From: a virus
Direction: 5' to 3' (one strand)
Virus record (IMG/VR): IMGVR_UViG_3300024261_002139
Coordinates: 2,921-66,920 of that record
Length of the DNA stretch: 64,000 nucleotides
The notes under the pieces were generated by a model, which searched no databases, was not told where the DNA came from, and saw nothing but the letters and a program-made list of their open reading frames with translations. The position numbers were made by a program, and so were the translations under genes. Numbering within the stretch: the first letter of the stretch is position 1; each line of letters opens with the position of its first letter. This document shows positions 1 through 8,121 of this stretch, in pieces.

Positions 1-129
1 TGGGAAGCAATAAAAGAATTTAGTGCTATGGGAGCAGTCGGAGGCGGAGCTGTTGCTGGTAGTGCTGTCCCAACAAATACTGATAAAAAGAAGAAAGGTA
101 AAAAGAAAAAATTAACAATATTTAGATAG
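1..129 (+). CDS. 3' end of an upstream gene (partial), low-complexity Gly/Lys-rich tail
   Basis: Frame 1 open from window start: WEAIKEFSAMGAVGGGAVAGSAVPTNTDKKKKGKKKKLTIFR, TAG at 127-129. Confidence 0.6.
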   Translation, partial: WEAIKEFSAMGAVGGGAVAGSAVPTNTDKKKKGKKKKLTIFR

Positions 130-145
130 GACAGTAATCTAAAAA

Positions 146-152
146 CTACTTA
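146..152 (+). promoter_or_regulatory. Putative late promoter element CTACTTA
   Basis: Matches recurring (C)TAnTTA motif found in intergenic gaps upstream of many genes in this window. Confidence 0.55.
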
Positions 153-170
153 TGTAGTGAGGGATATTCT

Positions 171-950
171 ATGATCACAGATAGACACAGTTTTGCTCAA
201 GAGATGTTATTGAGAGAGCAGATCAGAAATAATATTAGAGAACTAATAACAGAAGAAAAAAGTAAAATTCTCAAAGAAGAGAAGAAATTAAGATCTATTA
301 TTCGCAGCCTGTTAACAGAAGAACAATCTACTTCAGTTAACTTTCTAGAAAATTTGTTTTCTGATACAAATTTAGTATCTACTTTACAAGACGGTTATGA
401 ATCTTTGGGAAAAGAAGAAGAAAAGAAATCTTATAAAGCACACGTATTAAGTTCTTTGATAAAAACCTTAGATATTTATGATACGAATATTAATGCAGCT
501 GGTGGTGAAGAAGCTTCATTAGAAGAAGAAGTAGGAATAGAACTAGAAGATGATCCAGATAGACTATTAGGCCAAAAAGAAGAGAAAGTCGATGATTCAG
601 CTATGACTGGATTTACTATAGCAGGAGAAAACGAAACAGGTAGAAATCTAGCTCTAGGTGTTCCTGGTGAAAGAGATAAAGGTGTAGTTGATATTGTTTG
701 GCCAAGTATAAGAAATTGGTATAGTAAAATTGGTTCAGATGACGATGAAGGAAGAGAAGTATTTAAAGATTATTTATTAATAAATATTAAAAAGTACTTT
801 GAACTATGGGATTCGGAATCTGATTCTGGGATAGAAGAACCGGAAGTAGAAGAACCAGAGGATATGGTTGAGCCTGGAATGGAAGCTTCAGAAGATCCCA
901 TGGGTGAGCCAATAGAAGATTCGGATGAATTTAGTGATTTGAATCTATAG
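171..950 (+). CDS. Acidic hypothetical protein, possible internal head protein
   Basis: 259-aa ORF with GAGGG RBS; N-terminus rich in L/I-x-E motifs (LLRE, LITE, ILKE, LLTE); very acidic C-terminus. Confidence 0.7.
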   Translation: MITDRHSFAQEMLLREQIRNNIRELITEEKSKILKEEKKLRSIIRSLLTEEQSTSVNFLENLFSDTNLVSTLQDGYESLGKEEEKKSYKAHVLSSLIKTLDIYDTNINAAGGEEASLEEEVGIELEDDPDRLLGQKEEKVDDSAMTGFTIAGENETGRNLALGVPGERDKGVVDIVWPSIRNWYSKIGSDDDEGREVFKDYLLINIKKYFELWDSESDSGIEEPEVEEPEDMVEPGMEASEDPMGEPIEDSDEFSDLNL

Positions 951-958
951 AATATAGA

Positions 959-987
959 TCTATAGCATATAAATCCTAAATTGTCAA
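959..987 (-). promoter_or_regulatory. Sigma70-like promoter pointing antisense into ORF 171-950
   Basis: Minus strand TTGACA (987-982), 17-nt spacer with TG, TATAGA (964-959); A-tract upstream. Confidence 0.45.
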
Positions 988-1021
988 TAGGGTTCTTAAG
1001 AACTTTTTTTTTGAGTGTCAT

Positions 1022-1375
1022 ATGTCCTGGAATAAAAAGAGAAAAATCTCAGGAAAGAATACAAACTATTCTATCTTGAACTCCCTTAAAGAAAAAAAAT
1101 TATCAAACGATGAATTTGAAGTTATGATCAATTCTATATCATTAGAAGATCTAATAGCTATGAAATTAGAATTAGCAACTAAAGCAGCTGGTGGTTATTT
1201 GTATGGCTTGCCTATTTGGAAGTCTACAAAGAATGTGGTTAGAGATGCATTATTAAAATATGCTCTATCAGCGACAAGAACCAAAAAAGAAGCTTCTAGA
1301 TTTTTAGGTATATCTATACTAGAATTAAATCTTTTCCTTAAGGAATACAAAACAGAAAAGTATTTTGAAGAATAG
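1022..1375 (+). CDS. Fis-like helix-turn-helix DNA-binding protein
   Basis: C-terminal ALSATRTKKEASRFLGIS resembles the Fis/NtrC HTH pattern (AL..t.GN...AA..LGIS). Confidence 0.6.
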   Translation: MSWNKKRKISGKNTNYSILNSLKEKKLSNDEFEVMINSISLEDLIAMKLELATKAAGGYLYGLPIWKSTKNVVRDALLKYALSATRTKKEASRFLGISILELNLFLKEYKTEKYFEE

Positions 1376-1387
1376 TGCTTATTTTTC

Positions 1388-1416
1388 TTGACTTTACTTT
1401 TATCTTATGTTACTTA
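1388..1416 (+). promoter_or_regulatory. Promoter for the ncRNA/tmRNA transcript
   Basis: TTGACT (1388-1393), 17-nt spacer with TG, TACTTA (1411-1416), which also fits the TAnTTA late motif. Confidence 0.5.
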
Positions 1417-1444
1417 TAGAAGAATATAAAAAATAAGACTTTAT

Positions 1445-1596
1445 ATGGTTTAAAGGGTTGTAAGAATGTGGCAATAATTTATTAATAAAAAATAAAGTAC
1501 CAGCAATGGTCGGCCTCCATGTCTCTAACGAGGTTTATAATTGAAGAGAGACTAGTATGGTTGTGATTCTAGAAAACAACCCGCCTTTTAAATCAT
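1445..1596 (+). ncRNA. Unidentified structured RNA upstream of tmRNA
   Basis: Ends pair: 1445-1454/1587-1596, 1455-1461/1576-1582, 1463-1467/1566-1570; internal ACCA-GCAA-TGGT tetraloop hairpin and GTCTCT/AGAGAC stem; no ORF. Confidence 0.5.
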
Positions 1597-1613
1597 TCGT
1601 TTTTTAACTTTTC

Positions 1614-1919
1614 GGGGGTGAGTAGGTTCGATTGCGTAAATAAAAAATTTGTTCAAAGATGTGTAGACAACACAGTAAAAAACATCTAAAATATAAAAGC
1701 CAACGATAATGTTGAATTTGTTCCTGCAGCCATAGCGGCTTAGGTTACTGGGTGCTAACAACCTGGAAACAGAAAGTTAGAAAAGAGTTTACTGAAACTT
1801 TAAATCAGGTGGTGTGGGAATAGAATGGTTTGTTAAGTGCCTAACTTAGCTAACTTTGTAAGTAAACAAATTTTTGATCTTTGTGTAAGACGCGGGTGCA
1901 ACTCCCGCCACCTCCACCA
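1614..1919 (+). ncRNA. ssrA: tmRNA, tag peptide (A)ANDNVEFVPAAIAA
   Basis: 5' GGGGGTG pairs with 3' CACCTCC-ACCA incl. G3.U wobble; T-arm GCGGG-TGCAACT-CCCGC; helix AAAAATTTGTT/AACAAATTTTT; tag ORF 1699-1743 ending AA-stop. Confidence 0.95.
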
Positions 1920-1944
1920 CCTTTACAGCAGAAAGGTAATATAT

Positions 1945-2340
1945 ATGAAGCACAGAAAACCAACTTGGAATCAAATTTGGATGTTGTTGGCAGAGAGTAT
2001 AGCCGATAAATCTTCAGATGCTCACAAGAAAAATGGTTCTGTGATCGTGACAGGAGACAATGCCAGTGTTTTAGGCATCGGATACAATAAAACAAAAAAA
2101 GATAGCACAAATAAATCAAGAGAGGGTGACTTCGACCATGCCGTAGCAATGGTATTGTTGAATTTTAATTTTGGAGACCTTAGGGAAAAGAAAATGTATA
2201 TAACAGAAGCACCCTGTGAACAATGTGCTAACATGATTGTTGACACTGATATAAAAACAGTGATATATCGCAATGATTATGGAGATAACACAGGATTAAA
2301 TATTCTAAAAAGTTCAGGAATAAACTTAGTTCGAGCTTAG
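1945..2340 (+). CDS. dCMP deaminase-like zinc protein (catalytic Glu absent)
   Basis: True start ATG 1945 after AAAGG; GIGYN, DHAV (instead of HAE), APCEQC, VIYRNDY motifs. Confidence 0.8.
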   Translation: MKHRKPTWNQIWMLLAESIADKSSDAHKKNGSVIVTGDNASVLGIGYNKTKKDSTNKSREGDFDHAVAMVLLNFNFGDLREKKMYITEAPCEQCANMIVDTDIKTVIYRNDYGDNTGLNILKSSGINLVRA

Positions 2341-2347
2341 AGGATTT

Positions 2348-2551
2348 ATGAAGATAAATACAAGAGAAAGAGATCTGTTGTTAAGAATAGCAGAGCACCT
2401 ACCACAAATAAGTAGTGCGATCATCGGTTTGGTCGAATACGTAAATGATTTAGAAACAGCCTATGTTGAAGAGCACGAGGCAAATTTAATATTGTATGAT
2501 GAGATGTGCAAGCTTCAAGATGATTTACAAAATTCCAACATGGTACATTAA
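2348..2551 (+). CDS. Small helical hypothetical protein
   Basis: 67-aa ORF with GAGGA RBS; stop overlaps the convergent protease stop. Confidence 0.6.
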   Translation: MKINTRERDLLLRIAEHLPQISSAIIGLVEYVNDLETAYVEEHEANLILYDEMCKLQDDLQNSNMVH

Positions 2552-3249
2552 TCAGCAAGTTTTTCATACATGTCTAAGTGGCTATTAATGAATGTGAATA
2601 ATTGTGCATGTGTTATAGACACTGATAAGTGGTGAAAATCCCTGTTCACAGCATACAGCAAACCAATCAATTCACCATACTGATTGACAACGGGAGATCC
2701 AGAACTTCCCGGATAGGAAGGTATCGTATAAATATCAGATTTCATATGTTCTGAATATCCAGAATAAACACCTTTAAAAAGTGGCACCATATTTCTTTCC
2801 AAGACCCCTCCTGGGGAAGCTATATTATATGCTGTTTCACCTTTTTTAGGTCCGTGTAGGGACAACTTTATTTTTGGTTTGTTAATTCTTTCGCTCTCTA
2901 ATATACAAATATCTTTATTTTCGCTTCTGGCAAAAACAACAGATTTGTATTTTTCGTTATCGATATCTATTAATATTCTTTTAATTACTGAATCATCACC
3001 GCACACATGATTGGCTGTTAAAATATAACTTTTATTTTTTTTATGGTGGATTATCGAGCCCGAACCAGAACTGGTGGCCACAATGGCAAGCTCCACTTCT
3101 AGATCCCCAATGGGTATTTCTTTCACTTCATAATTTTCTATTTTTATAAAAGACTGGGTGGGATAATATTTCTTAGGCGTGTTAAAGCATCCAGATATCG
3201 TCAGTGATATACTGGCAGCCAAAACAAGTAGATGCCTTGTCGCCTTCAT
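2548..3249 (-). CDS. Trypsin-like serine protease, putative lipoprotein
   Basis: Start ATG 3249; signal peptide ending LTISGC (lipobox-like); triad motifs LTANHV, KDIC, PGSSGSP. Confidence 0.85.
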   Translation of the reverse strand: MKATRHLLVLAASISLTISGCFNTPKKYYPTQSFIKIENYEVKEIPIGDLEVELAIVATSSGSGSIIHHKKNKSYILTANHVCGDDSVIKRILIDIDNEKYKSVVFARSENKDICILESERINKPKIKLSLHGPKKGETAYNIASPGGVLERNMVPLFKGVYSGYSEHMKSDIYTIPSYPGSSGSPVVNQYGELIGLLYAVNRDFHHLSVSITHAQLFTFINSHLDMYEKLAD

Positions 3250-3286
3250 AATAGTAACTATATTATAAAAATGTTTTTTTACGACA

Positions 3287-3293
3287 CTATTTA
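3287..3293 (+). promoter_or_regulatory. Putative late promoter element CTATTTA
   Basis: (C)TAnTTA motif upstream of phoH. Confidence 0.5.
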
Positions 3294-3326
3294 GAATATA
3301 CCAAGAGGCACACTTTAGGATGTTGA

Positions 3327-4664
3327 ATGACAAAAAAGACATATGTTATTGATACTAGCGTTTTCTTAACTGACTCTGAATGTATTTATGCTTTTGAAAA
3401 CAACGATATCGTTATTCCGATAAAAGTATTAGAAGAAATAGACAAACACAAGGGACGCCAAGACTCGCCTGGACTCAATGCCAGGAGGACGATAAGAACT
3501 TTGGATGCCTTTCGAAAAAAAGGTAGTCTTAATGTTGGTGTCCGAATAGGAAAAGGAAAAGGAAAAATCAGGGTGGCCAACTTGGGCACCGAGCCTAATC
3601 TCCCAGCTGAAATGTCAATGGAGGTTCCAGACCATCAGATAATTGCAACAGCCACCAATGAACAGGAGTTGCTCAAGCCGAGAAAAGTTATAATGGTGTC
3701 TAGGGATATCAACATGAGAGTTTTATGCGATTCTCTCGAACTTCTTTCTGAGGATTATAAATCTGGCAAGGTTGTAAAAGAAAGAACTGACTTATATGAT
3801 GGGTTTTCTAGACTTCTGGTTGATGATGAAATAATTGATAGATTCTATTCAGAAGAGAAAATAATTTTAGAGGAAAAAGAATCAAAGCTATTTTACCCAA
3901 ATCAATTTTTGATGCTTGTTTCTAATTCAAGCGAAAAGAAAACTTGTTTAGCTAAATATGCGAACCACGGTGAACCACTGGGGCAAATTGGTAAGTTTAA
4001 AAGCGGAAATAGTATATGGGGAGTTGACCCCAGGAATAAGGAGCAAACATTTGCTCTAGATCTACTAATGGACCCAGACATACCGATTGTCACATTAGTC
4101 GGTAAAGCTGGGTGTGGGAAGACACTATTAGCAATCGCTAGCGGCCTACAGCAGGTCATAGGCAAGTCAGGCAAGGTAGACGGGGACTACACAAGGCTAA
4201 TAGTTACAAGGCCAGTACAGCCGCTAGGAAGAGACCTGGGCTACCTTCCAGGCACCCTTGAAGAGAAGATGAATCCGTGGCTGGCTCCAATACAAGATAA
4301 CTTGCAATTTTTGATGGGAAATGATAAAGTGACCCTTGAAGAATACAGCATGCAGGGGATAATAGAAATAGAAGCACTTACTTACATCAGAGGGAGATCT
4401 CTGTCAAAGGCTTTCCTTATCGTTGACGAGGCTCAAAATCTCACTAGCCACGAGCTAAAGACAATAGTGACTCGTGTTGGCGAGGGGACAAAAGTGGTAC
4501 TAACAGGAGACATAGAGCAAATCGACAATGTGTATATTGACGAAACATCAAACGGATTGGCATACGCCATAGAAAAATTTAAGCATTATTCGTTGTCCGG
4601 ACACATCACTCTAAATAAGGGAGAACGATCCGAAGTGGCAACACTGGCATCTAAAGTTTTATAA
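3327..4664 (+). CDS. phoH: PIN-PhoH ATPase (PhoH2/YlaK-like)
   Basis: N-terminal PIN (YVIDTSV, EEIDKHK, SRDINMR); GKAGCGKT, LGYLPG, YIRGRS, IVDEAQN, TGDIEQID. Confidence 0.93.
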   Translation: MTKKTYVIDTSVFLTDSECIYAFENNDIVIPIKVLEEIDKHKGRQDSPGLNARRTIRTLDAFRKKGSLNVGVRIGKGKGKIRVANLGTEPNLPAEMSMEVPDHQIIATATNEQELLKPRKVIMVSRDINMRVLCDSLELLSEDYKSGKVVKERTDLYDGFSRLLVDDEIIDRFYSEEKIILEEKESKLFYPNQFLMLVSNSSEKKTCLAKYANHGEPLGQIGKFKSGNSIWGVDPRNKEQTFALDLLMDPDIPIVTLVGKAGCGKTLLAIASGLQQVIGKSGKVDGDYTRLIVTRPVQPLGRDLGYLPGTLEEKMNPWLAPIQDNLQFLMGNDKVTLEEYSMQGIIEIEALTYIRGRSLSKAFLIVDEAQNLTSHELKTIVTRVGEGTKVVLTGDIEQIDNVYIDETSNGLAYAIEKFKHYSLSGHITLNKGERSEVATLASKVL

Positions 4665-4674
4665 AGGAGAATAT

Positions 4675-5037
4675 ATGACAAGCTTAGGTAACACAGCAAA
4701 CGAAGAAGAAGTGATAAATGAAGATTTAAGGAAGGAGGTGCAGATAGATTCTCACCTTAAGACATTGTTGGTGAACTATGTTGGTGCTCAGCATAACCCA
4801 GAGAACAACGAAATCACAGTGGAAATGATTGTTGAAACTATGGCGAAAGAATTCCCAGAATTTCTTATGGCAGTTGCTGAGGAAAACTTTATCAGGGGAT
4901 ATAAGCAAGCTTTTGCTGATTTGGATGAGCACCAGAGACAAGTTGAAGAAGAAAACAAAAAGCAAGAACCAACGAAAAAGAGCAAACCAAGAAAGAAAAA
5001 AAAGGCTAAGAAAAAAGATGCCAAAAACACTGACTGA
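4675..5037 (+). CDS. Conserved-looking hypothetical phage protein
   Basis: 120-aa ORF with AAGGAG RBS; EFPEFL..AEENFIRGY core, Lys-rich tail. Confidence 0.7.
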   Translation: MTSLGNTANEEEVINEDLRKEVQIDSHLKTLLVNYVGAQHNPENNEITVEMIVETMAKEFPEFLMAVAEENFIRGYKQAFADLDEHQRQVEEENKKQEPTKKSKPRKKKKAKKKDAKNTD

Positions 5038-5710
5038 TTACATATCAAGTTCCAATAATCGAAAACCCAATGAGTTATTATTATTCAAAAAAATACCGAT
5101 ACGAATTATAAACAGTTTCATATATGATATCGATATAAGAAATGTCTTATCAACTATAGAAAAAAGAATCCCATCTAGATATTTTAGCGGTATTGAAGCC
5201 ATATATGTTGGGGATTTCGATTTTCTGGAAGACAGGGAACTAACTTCGTTGTATAGTGACGGTGCAGTTTACATATCACCAGCTCAAACAGGAGAGCAGG
5301 ATTTATTCTCAGATGTCGTTCACGAGGTTGCCCACTCACTAGAAGAGTCCTATGCGACTGATATCTACGGCGACGGTGAAATAGAAGAAGAATTCTTGAA
5401 AAAAAGAAATAAACTTCTTGACATTCTCGTCAGAGAAGGGTATGGTGATGTTGTAAGATCGTTTGATTTTGGACAGTTAGAATATTCGTCAGAATTTGAT
5501 AACCTCCTTCACAAGGAGATTGGATATCATCCGTTAACAATGATGACGCTAGGTTTATTTGTTTCTCCATATGGGATCACTTCTCTTAGAGAATATTTTG
5601 CAAATGTATTTGAAGAATATTACTCTGGAGACAAGAAACATTCTTGTAAGGTGAGCCCTTCTGTTTGCGAAAAAATAAATCTGTTGCAGGAAAGTATGGA
5701 GGTATATTAA
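5018..5710 (+). CDS. HExxH zincin-like metallopeptidase
   Basis: Start ATG 5018; VHEVAH with downstream REYFA third-ligand-like motif. Confidence 0.65.
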   Translation: MPKTLTDYISSSNNRKPNELLLFKKIPIRIINSFIYDIDIRNVLSTIEKRIPSRYFSGIEAIYVGDFDFLEDRELTSLYSDGAVYISPAQTGEQDLFSDVVHEVAHSLEESYATDIYGDGEIEEEFLKKRNKLLDILVREGYGDVVRSFDFGQLEYSSEFDNLLHKEIGYHPLTMMTLGLFVSPYGITSLREYFANVFEEYYSGDKKHSCKVSPSVCEKINLLQESMEVY

Positions 5711-5714
5711 AAAA

Positions 5715-6071
5715 ATGAATATCGAGCATGAATATGATAAAAACTTAGAAGAATTAAAAATTACCATAACAATTCCGAAAAGAATTTATGCATCTCAGAA
5801 AATTGTTGCTGTAAGGAATCAGGAAGCCACTGCGGCAGCAGAAGCCATTTTATCAGAAATGGGAAAAAAATATAAAAATATAGAAGTGCTTTCTGGTACG
5901 AAGTTGCACAATGATAATAGGCTGTCTGGGACTTGGGTATTCAAAATAGAAACAGAAAAAAAAGAACAACCAAAGAAAACTCTAGAGACCAAGAAATTTA
6001 ACGATAAGACGAACCAAAGAAAGAAGGTGGATTTTGCCACGATTAGTGAAAATAAACAATTCGAAGAATAG
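5715..6071 (+). CDS. Hypothetical protein
   Basis: 118-aa ORF with GGAGG RBS, tightly packed. Confidence 0.6.
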   Translation: MNIEHEYDKNLEELKITITIPKRIYASQKIVAVRNQEATAAAEAILSEMGKKYKNIEVLSGTKLHNDNRLSGTWVFKIETEKKEQPKKTLETKKFNDKTNQRKKVDFATISENKQFEE

Positions 6072-6849
6072 ATTACTAGAACACATATCCTACTCAGCAC
6101 TAAAAGTGTGGAATGAGTGCCCACACAAGCATAAACTTATATATATTGATAGAAACAAGAGGTTTGTAGGAAACCTACACACAGCCTTTGGTAAAGCCGT
6201 TCATGATGCTTGTGAGCTTGTCCTGCGCGGAGCTAGCGATATAGAAGACAAGTTTGCTTCATGTTTTGAGAAAGAACTGATGGCCTTGGATAAAGAGGTC
6301 TTTCACGAATTGGACCAGGAGACCGTTACTGAATTCGAGCAGCAGGGTAAAGAAATACTGCCTTTGATAATGGGTTCTCTTAAAGATTATTTCGGTGATT
6401 TCACATTATCAAGAACAGAAGAAGATTTATTTGAAAGAATAACAGAATACGAAGATTATGATCGCAGGTTTAAAGGGTATATTGATCTTGTATTAAACAC
6501 CCCAGACGGCAAGACACACATTATTGACTGGAAGACATGCTCTTGGGGCTGGAAACAAGAAAGAAAGAATGAAGCGATAACCACATATCAGCTCACACTT
6601 TATAAACATTTTTATGCCAGGAAACACAACATCGATCCAGACACAATCGAGACACACTTTGCATTATTAAAAAGAACAGCAAACAAAAACAAGGTGGAAT
6701 TATTCAGGGTTAGTAGCGGAAATAAAAAAACAAATAATGCCTTGACATTGCTAGACAAAGCATTATATAATATCGACAGTGGAAATTATCTTAAAAACAA
6801 ATTATCTTGCAATTACTGTGAATTTCGTAAAACAGAAGATTGTCCGTAA
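6034..6849 (+). CDS. PD-(D/E)xK nuclease, Cas4/AddB-like
   Basis: ISYS..W.ECP, FGKAVH, GYIDLV, IIDWKT, YQLTLY and C-terminal CxxC.......C; start position uncertain. Confidence 0.85.
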   Translation: MPRLVKINNSKNRLLEHISYSALKVWNECPHKHKLIYIDRNKRFVGNLHTAFGKAVHDACELVLRGASDIEDKFASCFEKELMALDKEVFHELDQETVTEFEQQGKEILPLIMGSLKDYFGDFTLSRTEEDLFERITEYEDYDRRFKGYIDLVLNTPDGKTHIIDWKTCSWGWKQERKNEAITTYQLTLYKHFYARKHNIDPDTIETHFALLKRTANKNKVELFRVSSGNKKTNNALTLLDKALYNIDSGNYLKNKLSCNYCEFRKTEDCP

Positions 6850-6861
6850 GTGAGAGGAAAT

Positions 6862-8121
6862 ATGAGTGATAAAAAAACAAAAATACTTACCATAAGCGAT
6901 CACCCGATGTCTCCATCTGGTGTCGGCACCCAAACAAAGTTCATTATTGAACATCTTTTAAAAACTGGTAAGTACTCTTTCTTGTCCTTGGGGGGAGCAG
7001 TAAAGCATCAAGACTATAGGCCAATGAAAACAGAACAATATGGAGAAGACTGGCTAATTCACCCAGTAGACGGGTATAGTAACCCCAATATTATCAGAAG
7101 TATAGTACGAGACCAAAAACCAGACATCCTTTGGTTTATGACGGACCCAAGATTTTTTACTTGGCTGTGGGAAATGGAAGATGAGATAAGGCCACATATG
7201 CCAATGATATATTATCATGTGTGGGACAATTATCCTTATCCAAAATTTAATAAAAGATTTTATGATTCAACTGATGTCATCTGTACCATATCAAAGGTAA
7301 CAGATGACATTGTTCGTACAGTAGCACCAGATGTTGAATGTCATTACATTCCACACTGCACAAATATGGATATATTCAAAAAGAACCCGGAAGAAGAGAC
7401 AGAAAAGTTCAGGAAGATGGCACTACCCCAAACTGAAGGTAAATTTTTCTTTTTTTGGAATAACAGAAATGCTAGAAGAAAACAAAGCGGTACTTTGCTT
7501 TGGTGGTTTAAGGAATTTCTTGATAAAGTTGGCCATGACAAGGCAATACTAATGATGCATACAGAAGTTCATGATCCCAATGGGCAAGATTTACAAGCAA
7601 TTATTCATGAGCTTGGTTTGACGAATGGCGAAGTTCTATTTTCTCCTGAGAAGATCCCCCCATCAGAACTGGCAAAATTATATAATGTTGCTGATTGTAC
7701 TATAAATGTCTCTGACGCTGAAGGATTTGGCCTCGCCACACTGGAATCACTTGCCTGTGAGACACCAATATTAGTTAATATGACCGGCGGCCTTCAAGAA
7801 CAAGTTACTGATGGTGAAAAATGGTTTGGCATAGGCATTGAACCCGCATCAAAAGCCATAATAGGCTCACAACAGGTTCCATATATTAGAGAGGATAGAC
7901 TGAATAAAGAAGACTTCCTGGAAGCCATGTTGAAAATGTATAATTCTTCAGAAAAACAAAGAAAAAAAATGGGCAGTGATGGAAGAAAACACTTGCTAAA
8001 GAATTATAATCATGATACGATGATGAGTAAGTGGGAAGAAGTATTAGATAATGTATGTGAAACAAGAGGCTCGTGGGCAGAAAGGAAGCAGTATGAGCCA
8101 TGGTGCTTAAGGGAGCTATAA
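6862..8121 (+). CDS. GT-B (GT4-like) glycosyltransferase
   Basis: SGVGTQ N-terminal loop, NRNARRK, SDAEGFGLATLES. Confidence 0.9.
   Translation: MSDKKTKILTISDHPMSPSGVGTQTKFIIEHLLKTGKYSFLSLGGAVKHQDYRPMKTEQYGEDWLIHPVDGYSNPNIIRSIVRDQKPDILWFMTDPRFFTWLWEMEDEIRPHMPMIYYHVWDNYPYPKFNKRFYDSTDVICTISKVTDDIVRTVAPDVECHYIPHCTNMDIFKKNPEEETEKFRKMALPQTEGKFFFFWNNRNARRKQSGTLLWWFKEFLDKVGHDKAILMMHTEVHDPNGQDLQAIIHELGLTNGEVLFSPEKIPPSELAKLYNVADCTINVSDAEGFGLATLESLACETPILVNMTGGLQEQVTDGEKWFGIGIEPASKAIIGSQQVPYIREDRLNKEDFLEAMLKMYNSSEKQRKKMGSDGRKHLLKNYNHDTMMSKWEEVLDNVCETRGSWAERKQYEPWCLREL

Noticed and set aside
1445-1596. RNase P, SRP or tRNA identity for the structured RNA
   Set aside because: Lacks GAGGAAAGUCC, SRP helix 8 and cloverleaf motifs; left unassigned
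1837-1944. N-terminal extension of the deaminase ORF
   Set aside because: Overlaps the tmRNA 3' end; ATG 1945 has an RBS and fits the fold
4829-5017. Long upstream extensions of ORFs 4829, 18000, 3342(-) and 38434
   Set aside because: Overlap neighbouring genes or promoters; downstream ATGs (5018, 18081, 3249, 38473) fit better
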